Shown: piece by piece, positions 35,041-42,976 of the stretch
How positions within the stretch are numbered: position 1 is the stretch's first letter
Layout: each line of letters opens with the position of its first letter
Source of the DNA: Nemertoderma westbladi
Lineage: Eukaryota; Animalia; Xenacoelomorpha
Direction of reading: 5' to 3'
Assembly: GCA_032718475.1 (NCBI GenBank)
Contig: JAUCBJ010008132.1
Coordinates: 1-42,976, forward strand
DNA: 42,976 bases
The notes under the pieces: model-generated
What the model was told of the DNA's origin: nothing
The model's database searches: none
Seen by the model: only the letters and a program-made list of their open reading frames with translations
Made by a program: the position numbers and the translations under genes

Positions 35041-37617
35041 GGGTGTAAACGTTGTGCCGACACTGTGCCGACAGTGTGCAGATAATGTACTGACAGTGTC
35101 GGCGTTACGTTGTGCCGACAGTGTCGGTGTTACGTTGTGCCGACAGTGTCACCGTTACGTTGTGCCGACAGTATCTGGGTTACGTTGTGCCGACAGTGTG
35201 GCGTGCTGAAACCTAAATGAAAATAGGAGACTGTAGGATATGTATGTTTTTAAGATGTGTAAGGCAGTAAGTGCATGGTTTAACGTGCGTGCCATTAATG
35301 GATCAGCCGAAACGTTTCATTTATAAGGTGGCCCACAAAGTACTGAATTTGCCGTGAAAATTGACTGCAAATTCAATCTGCTATGAAAATTTACGGCAAA
35401 TTCAATCGGCCATGAATTTCCATATAAAAAATAAATAAACAGGTAAACAATACCCATTCGCGTACGACCTTTAATTATAATTTCATGAAGTAGAGCAGAA
35501 TTTGCGCAGACACCAAAACGCAACCATATTTTTGATGATTTGTGTAGTATATTACCGGTATCATTTAGTGTATGGAGATTAGGCTTAGGGTTAGGGTGCG
35601 AGACATACCTGTATGTTGAGTATATTTAATATATTTGATATTTGTTTGTTGTTTTTTGTATATGTCGTTGTTTTGTTTGTATTGTTTGTGGTTTGTCGAT
35701 GGCCCAAGGGCAGAGTACTATTTTTGGCGTAATGTCGTGATTCTATGTTTTATGATTGTTTGTGGGGTGTAGGACTCTTATTGTTTGCCTGTTTATTTAT
35801 TTTTTATATATATATAAAAAGCCCGTGTTAGTCAGAATGTCGCGTACGACCTTTAATTATCATTTCATGGCGAATTCATAAAATTGGCTGATATATTAAG
35901 ATTTTTTTGTGGTGGACTTTTTAATCACCGTGTGCCTACAGTATCAGTTTAGAATTGACTACCTTCAGTCTGCAAACTTAAACAATGTTGATATAATGTA
36001 GAATCAAACTTTAGATGAACTGTTGTCTCTGCAGACCTGGTATGCAGCCTGTGCAGCGTTGCAGGATTAAGTACAGTACAGGCAGACATACAGTAGGTAA
36101 AAATAGGTGAATGTTATTTGTGCGCGCTAAAACACGCCGACAACCCGCGACATCACGGGGTGTGAACTAAGAGGATTCTTTGTGGGGGTTGGGGGGGAAG
36201 GGTAAGGTTTATAGAGCCACATTTTGGTTAGGATGGGGACATGGGGGACTACAGAGGCGCCAGCGAGATCGGCTGACAACTAAGGTAGGGCCATTAGCTG
36301 ACAGTGTCTGACAGAATAGAGTGGTAGGGATATAGGTAAAATAAATATGGTACAGCAATAAAATAAAAACATAAGGTTATAAAACAATCATATAAAGTTC
36401 TGTGTATTTACGTACTTAAGGTTATCATGGTTTACAATACGATGTTACAATCAGTAAAAATATTATGACAATATAGTGAATATAATATAAATAATCACGG
36501 CATAATAATAATCACATAATCAACCGCAATATAAATTGCCCAAACTATGTCGCTAAAATAATAATAATAATAAAAAACATCTTTCTGCTTGGCTGGGGTT
36601 TCGTAGGCTACTGAAGAAATAATACCCAGTATATCGGTTTATATACAACAAATCCAACCCAATATTACAGTATCTAAGGAAAATGTGTTAATTAATAACA
36701 TTAACAAGGTTGAGAAAGCTAAGGACGATCTTAAATTGGCCTACAACATCAGCCAGGAAAAGTACATACAGGATAAAACTGAAGCAATTACAACTGCTCA
36801 CATACAGCAACACGAAGTGGGGCCTTCGCGCAGCACGAAGTTGGCGAAGCCTTAGCGAATTGACACTGTTAGGGGGTGGGTCAATTTATGCAAATAGTTG
36901 TCGTCGTTAGTTGTTTTCACTTTCAGACCTTTGGCCCTCTAGCGGCAGACTGGAGAACTGCAGATGGATTCGCCTCCTTTGAAAATCACAGCTAATGGTC
37001 TAATACATATCTGCCAAGTTTCAGCTTAAACGGATTAAAAGCAAAGAAATGGGAGGGCATTTAATGTTTAGACATGTGGCCCTCTAGCGGGAGACCATTG
37101 CACTGATGGTGTCTGAAAGTCTCTCAAAAATCTCAACTTTTGCTCATATTGATACCTACAAATTTTCAACTTGGCAGCTTTAAATCCGACAAAGTTATTA
37201 GCATGTCAAAATCGTAACGACGACGACAACGACGACGACGACAACTATTTGCATAAATTGACCCACCCCCTAACAGTGTCAATTCGCTAAGGCTCCGCCA
37301 ACTTCGTGGCTCGCCCCACAATCAAGACTTACCTGACTTACCGGCTGTATTTTGCAGGAAACCCAGCTGATTTATCCTACAGTCTCCTATTTGTATTTAG
37401 GTATCAGCCCGCCACACTGTCGGCACAACGTAACGCCGGCAATATCGGCACAAAATAACGCAGACAATGTCGGCACAACGCAATGCCGACCCGTTGTGAC
37501 ACAATGTTGGCACATTGTCAGCACATTATCGGCCCACTGTCGGCACAACGTAACGCCGACACAGTCGGCACATTGTCAGCATATTATTGGCACAGTGTCG
37601 ATACAACGTTTACACCC
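35041..37617. mobile_element. Pair of ~200-245-bp inverted arms (35041-35240 and 37373-37617) built from gttgtgccgacagtgt units; foldback element or two opposite MITE copies
   Basis: gggtgtaaacgttg...cctaaat..aaataggagactgtaggata mirrors tatcctacagtctcctattt..atttagg...caacgtttacaccc. Confidence 0.65.
36808..37320 (+). mobile_element. ~510-bp non-autonomous element with 74-bp inverted repeats and (GAC)n
   Basis: 36834-36907 versus 37235-37308 with one mismatch; outer gtggggc/gccccac; shares tcgcgcagcacg with the HINE-like copies. Confidence 0.8.
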
Positions 37618-38519
37618 TCACGTACTGCATATAGGCTGTAATTATTTATTTATATTGTTGCAATCTTAAAATGTTTCATACAAGACATTTTTAAACGTAG
37701 CCCTATATATTATACATACAGTATAGTGAAAATAAAGTATATTATACTATATTATATTATACCTATAGTATATATCTTTTGTATGAATGTATTAAATTAT
37801 TATTAATATATTATGAAATATGTATGTGATCTTTCACATAGAAAGGAGTCAATTTCAAATAATCAATCCCAGAAATCTATAATACTGTATGTGAATTCAA
37901 ATTAAATTAGAATTCAAATTTTATTATTGATTTAAGATCCAAATTTAACGTAGAATCTAGTAATCTAACTTTTAAGGTTGCACCACTTACAGAAACTGTC
38001 AAAATATCTTATTGTCTGTCAAAAAATTAAAAAAATGATATAGAGTAACCTCATCACAATAAGGCTATGGGGTTTTCCAGGTCGGACAGTACATACACAA
38101 CACACATCCCGCAGGTATAAGTATATGGAGTTCTGTCGGTTTCGGCCAACAGACATACTGACGTTATAAGCAGAATGCCGTTAAACACTACAGTAAGACT
38201 GGCATCGGCAATAGAATTACCGACCAAGAAAATAGTAAAATTTTAACTTGGCTATGCTATGCTTTCCTTATATTTTAACATACTTTCCAACAGAAATACA
38301 GGCAGAGAGACAAACGTACAGACATATACCGTCAAAAATTAAAACAGGTATAAAAATGAAATTACCGACCAAGAATACCCTTATATCGAAATTGTGCACC
38401 TTCTTTATTATATTCGGCGGCACCTTTATTAGTATGTAGTATGTATGTGTGTGGATATGTTTGTGGTTCCACTATAGAACTCCAGCCTATTCGAACGTGT
38501 CGTAGTATATAAATACACG

Positions 38520-38698
38520 TACGTGTAGCATCGCGCAGCACGAGCGGTTGCTTACTCCAGAACGGGTAACCCGAGTACTTGACTCGTGCAGCACGGATGC
38601 CCCACGAAAATTTTCAAAATATTGGAACTTTTCCTCTAGTAGGTCTATCCAAATTCGGTTGAAATTGAATAAGGGCTTCAAAACTATAGAATTTTCCA

Positions 38699-38729
<31 letters not shown>

Positions 38730-38830
38730 CGGACAGACAGACTGACGGACAGACAGACGGACATGATCTTAGGCCCTAATAATAATTGAAATTGTGCGCT
38801 AGTAGCTTCGCTCACTAATCGTGGCTCGTT
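38520..38830 (+). mobile_element. HINE/Helentron-like non-autonomous element with (CAGA/CGGA)n
   Basis: tcgcgcagcacg 5' motif, ccaaattcggttgaaa core, microsatellite 38701-38762, and aattgtgcgct shared with the 33421 copy. Confidence 0.55.
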
Positions 38831-41209
38831 CTACAGTATAATAATTTAATACAACGTACGATGTTTCCCATAGTTCCATCTAACTTTTGTTATTGGGTTA
38901 TTTATACGCATGGCCATTCAGTTTGACAAAACATTAACTTTTCTGTCCATTACTCGAAACGGAAAATTTAGCCAAACTTTGACACTGATGAAAAGGCAGT
39001 CTGTAACGTAGGCCATGTAGGCCTACTTTAATTGTTTTTCAAACAAAATAATATATTCGATATAAAAACGTAACGGAAATCACTCTCTCAATCAATTTTT
39101 AGGAAAATTATGATATTCTGTTCTCGTGTGTTGAGTTTTACGCTTTTTGGCATATGGGCACTCATTTCGCTCGTATTAGAAAGATATAAACTCGTGCAAA
39201 ACTCAACCACTCTGATAATAATAGTCGAATATTACTAAACTAAAAATAACATTGAAAAAAGCGCTGCTTTCCGAATAGTTATATTGTTATCGAAAAATAT
39301 TAATATATACCCGACCTTGTTCGGTAAAACGTATGTAACGTGGTAGAAGGCACATAAAGATGAAATTGGATGTTGAATTTTGCCGATCACATTGATGGAA
39401 CATCGGTAAAATTTAGCTACATTAAAGAGCATCCTACCTAATATTACAATATTACAAAAAATTATTTACTATTAATTTTTCCATTTATTTAATAATTAAT
39501 TATTATAATCATTATAATCATCAATTAAGCAATATTATAATTATCAATAATCATTTAATTAAATTTTTCATAGTTAAATGAACCTCGTCTTTTTATTGAA
39601 AACAATTTCCGTAATTTTGGCCTTTTTGAAGGCCGTGTTTCGTCAGAGTTTGTAAAAGCTTTTGTGGGATAACTGGTTCGTTTGCTTTGCTGGCCAGTTC
39701 CCCCCCGGTCGCTGGAATACTCAAAAAGGGATCTATAGTTAAAATAGTGCAAGCTATCAGCTCATTGGCTGATTTGCGGTACGCAGTTATCTGGGCTCTG
39801 TTTAATCGGCCAACCAGCCTAAGAGGGTTGCGTCATAGCCCTGTTTTTGTATCTCCCAATAGAATTTGAGTTATCCTGGATTTTAACCTATCCTGAGCTA
39901 CTGAACTGAAATTTTCCTATCTCACTGCTCATCCTCTGTGTTGAACGGGAGCTTCGTGGAATAAGTGTAGTTGGTATTCTCGTAGTCACGAGTTTTTCAA
40001 AGCCACGAAAGAACGGCTTTATAGTGTTTTGTGCTTTTCTGCTTTTTAGCTCAACACTAGTAGGTTTAATTATAAGGACATATATCCTTTAACTGCATAT
40101 CGACCAAACTCATCAAACTGCCTGACGCACGGCATACTACTGACTGCTGAAACATTGCAAACTCATAATAATTAATGTTCAGTTGTTGTTTTATACTGCT
40201 ATTTACTGTCGGTTATTCATTATATTTGTGGATGAATTATTATATTTGGAATAACGAGAAACAACCCCGAAACCCAATATTCTTGATATACCGAAGGTAA
40301 GAGAGAAAGGTTACAGATAAACGATTGTGACTTATGTTAAAGTGGTTTGAAGTGAATCGAATGTTATTTGATAGACCCTACATGAGTCAGTCTGTGTTCC
40401 TTTTATATGTGACTAAAATCAGTGAAGATCGGCAGATTAGTGTGCAGTATTGTGCAGCATTGTGTATGAGTGAGTCTGTTAAAGAAGCATTTCCTAAAGA
40501 ATGCGCCATATATGTTAATTATAATTAAGCCATATCGTTGTGAGTAGTTTAAGTCATAACTCTGTTTATATAGATAGAGCGCCACGTCCTAAAGGAACTG
40601 TTAATATTCCCCAAAGGTGAATAATATTGTCAGAGATTATATAATACTGTCAGTCGAATAATACATTAGGCTTACATAGCAATAAGATTAAACCGTCGAA
40701 CCCAATCTCCCGGGTATAACCAGCGGGTGAATGATCGCGCACGGATTGGTTTCGACTAGTGTAGTGAATCAAATACTTGTCGTAGGCTAAAAAGCGATTT
40801 AATATCTAGAAGACATCATAATTTGGCGGGTTAAACTGCCAAAGGTCTGAAAGCGCGAACATTAAAGGATATAGCTTCTTTATTGCAGTAAGCAATAAGG
40901 TTGAAAATACCGGTCAACCGGTAAACCTGAACGGTATATCTGTAGGTCAGTAGGCCCAATTGCAAGAACCGGTACTTCTGTAGGTCCATAGGCCTAACTG
41001 TCCTAACCGGTACTTCCCGTATAAGTACATTAGTATTATTCGATTTGATTGTTGTATACCTGTAGGTCTTAGTACTTAATCAGGGAACGGCCGCCCTGGT
41101 TTTTATTGAGATTTTACTTATTTCTGTCAAGTTTTATTTGTTTGTAGGCCAGTATTGAACAGAAGACGTGTAAGCCTGATCTGATTGTACAGACAATTTG
41201 TAGGCCGAG

Positions 41210-41745
41210 CTGTTGTCTGATTGCTGTTAAGTCTGAACGGATTACAGTGTGTGTAGAGCACCTGTCCGATTAAGTACGGTTAGGAAGTAGGGGCAGCGAA
41301 TGCTGTAAGGTAAACCCCCAATTAAAGAATAAGTCGTACTACTGGGTTAGAACGCATACTCCCTAATCATTTCGGAGTCTGCATGTCCTGTGGTTTATTT
41401 AGGCTTGAGAGTAGTCTGCCATCGTTTAGTCTGTACTTTGTTTGTGTAAGTCTGTACAGGTAGCGTATAATTTTATTTAGATAATTTGTAGGCTGGATAG
41501 TTGTCTGGCTGTTGTTGGGTCTGAACGGATTGCAGCGTGTGTAGATCACTTGTCCGATAAAGAACGGTTAGGAAGTAGGGGCAGCGAATGCTGTAAGGTA
41601 AACCCCCAATTAAAGAATAAGTCGTACTACTGGGTTAGAACGCATACTACCTAATTATTTCAGAGTCTGCATATACCGTAGTTTGTTTAGGCTTGATAGT
41701 AGTCTGTCGGTATTTGGTCTGCATTTTGTTTAAGTAGTTTGTACG
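41210..41745 (+). repeat. 288-bp period tandem duplication, diverged, with an identical central core
   Basis: gtctgaacggatt at 41231 and 41519; acggttaggaagtaggggcagcg...gggttagaacgcatact is identical in both copies. Confidence 0.9.
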
Positions 41746-42694
41746 CGTTGCGTAATATTTATTATTCAGAGTTTATGCGATTATCCGCAACATTCATTCC
41801 CCAAGTTTGTTCCTACAGTAATTGTGTTTGTTATACATACCGTTATAGTTAAATTAACCCCAGTACTACACGGGCTGCTAGGCGTAGGTAAAGACTGGTG
41901 ATTTTGTGCACCGGTTACTCCAGCAGATGCCGTGGTTCTTTTAGCTGTTCAAGTATATTTAACTACTGATTATCTGTTGTACAAGTACTCGTACCTAATT
42001 TAGGGTTTAGTGTACAGTGCTTTCCGAAAGTAATTATTGTAGGCATTATATTTGTGTTGTAAAGTGGTTGATAGGCACCTTCGATTAGCTCTATTAGCTT
42101 CTAGGTAGGAACACTCCGTGATACATAACGTAGAACCTATAGCGATACGGCTATAGGTCGTCAGGCGGTGGTATTTTCCTATCTAGACAACGCAGTGTAT
42201 TTACTACTACTTATTATTTTCAAATACCGTAGTACCCTGTCCATTGTAATAACCAGATTTTCTAACCCTTTGTTAGGCTGGTTTGTAGACTTCTTGTAAA
42301 ATTACCCTAAAAATTCGTATTTGTGTTTTTGTAAATTTTTGTGTTTATTTAGAGATTGTAATCTCAACCCGAATCGTACGTAATTTGTAGTATAAGTAAC
42401 TTAGGTCAATTAGCATTATTTGTTTTAGTGTCTTATAAGTAACACTTCACTGAAAGCGTACCGCTTTGTGCAGTGATTACCCCCCAGAAATAATAACATT
42501 TATTTCAAACATTGACAAAACCCATTAAACGGGTATATATATATTATAAATCAAATCTAACGATTTATAAATAGTAGGCCTACCATACAACCATTAGGTC
42601 TCAATATCAGTTGGACTACTGCTCAAATAACGGTAATAAAGTAAGTAGAGTAACCAAGTAACCCTAAAGTACAGAAATTCAATTATTTAAAATA

Positions 42695-42945
42695 ATTGAT
42701 ATACCGGTATTTACGATAGGCCTATTATCTTTATTTCTGTAAATTTAGGCTGAAATTATACCGGTACTTATAATTAATTCTAGTCCAGAATTATATATAC
42801 TACAAACTGTAAGCTGTATACCGGTATTCCCGATAGGCCTATTATATATTTATATATATTTGTGCTAAAATTATACCGGTATTCTGAGATAAACCTAGTC
42901 TGTGATAATACTTATATATAATATAAGCATACCGGTATTCTAATA
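42695..42945. repeat. Degenerate AT-rich minisatellite with a recurring ATACCGGTA(TTC) palindrome
   Basis: ataccggta recurs five times at roughly 55-60-bp spacing, often followed by gataggcctattat. Confidence 0.7.
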
Positions 42946-42976
42946 TATTATATATATCACTCTACATTGAGTAGCA

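Noticed and set aside
35579-35597. Interstitial telomere
   Set aside because: Only about three units; such short TTAGGG runs are common inside non-autonomous repeats.
39611-39650. Minus-strand hammerhead-like CTGACGA..GGCC..GGCC-AAAA
   Set aside because: Five extra bases before stem II, no GAAA, and no supporting stems I and III.
33350-41549. Short ORFs of 60-118 aa in the right third of the window
   Set aside because: They overlap MITEs, microsatellites or AT-rich DNA, often start at non-ATG codons and show no motifs.
41145-41745. Coding repeat or alternative genetic code suggested by the 288-bp (96-codon) period
   Set aside because: TAA, TAG and TGA all occur in the frame examined, an indel separates the copies, and no protein motif is recognisable.

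Overview
AT-rich eukaryotic DNA, most likely an invertebrate animal, made almost entirely of nested and fragmented mobile elements. Main contents from left to right: (1) a full-length CRE-like, RLE-type non-LTR retrotransposon on the minus strand (2141-5897) with a 13-bp TSD and poly(A) tail, whose RT carries an unusual ~100-aa in-frame tandem repeat between QGDP and YADD; (2) a young Ty3/Gypsy LTR retrotransposon (6203-13871) with identical 207-bp LTRs ending in TA rather than CA, a tRNA-Asn-like PBS, a long coiled-coil Gag extension, a broken gag and an open pol with a DNG protease site; (3) a tRNA-derived SINE and an RTE fragment; (4) the only clearly intact host-type gene, an intronless SLC18B1-like MFS transporter (15936-17237); (5) a degenerate BEL/Pao derivative with gag and protease fused to an integrase tail, no RT/RNase H, no LTR pair, and a telomere-like array downstream; (6) a decayed L1/Tx1 ORF2; (7) a PIF/Harbinger relic; (8) from 30.5 kb onward, foldback/MITE/HINE-like elements, tandem duplications and an unexplained non-coding block. 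Family assignments come from recognising motifs by eye; no database search was run.
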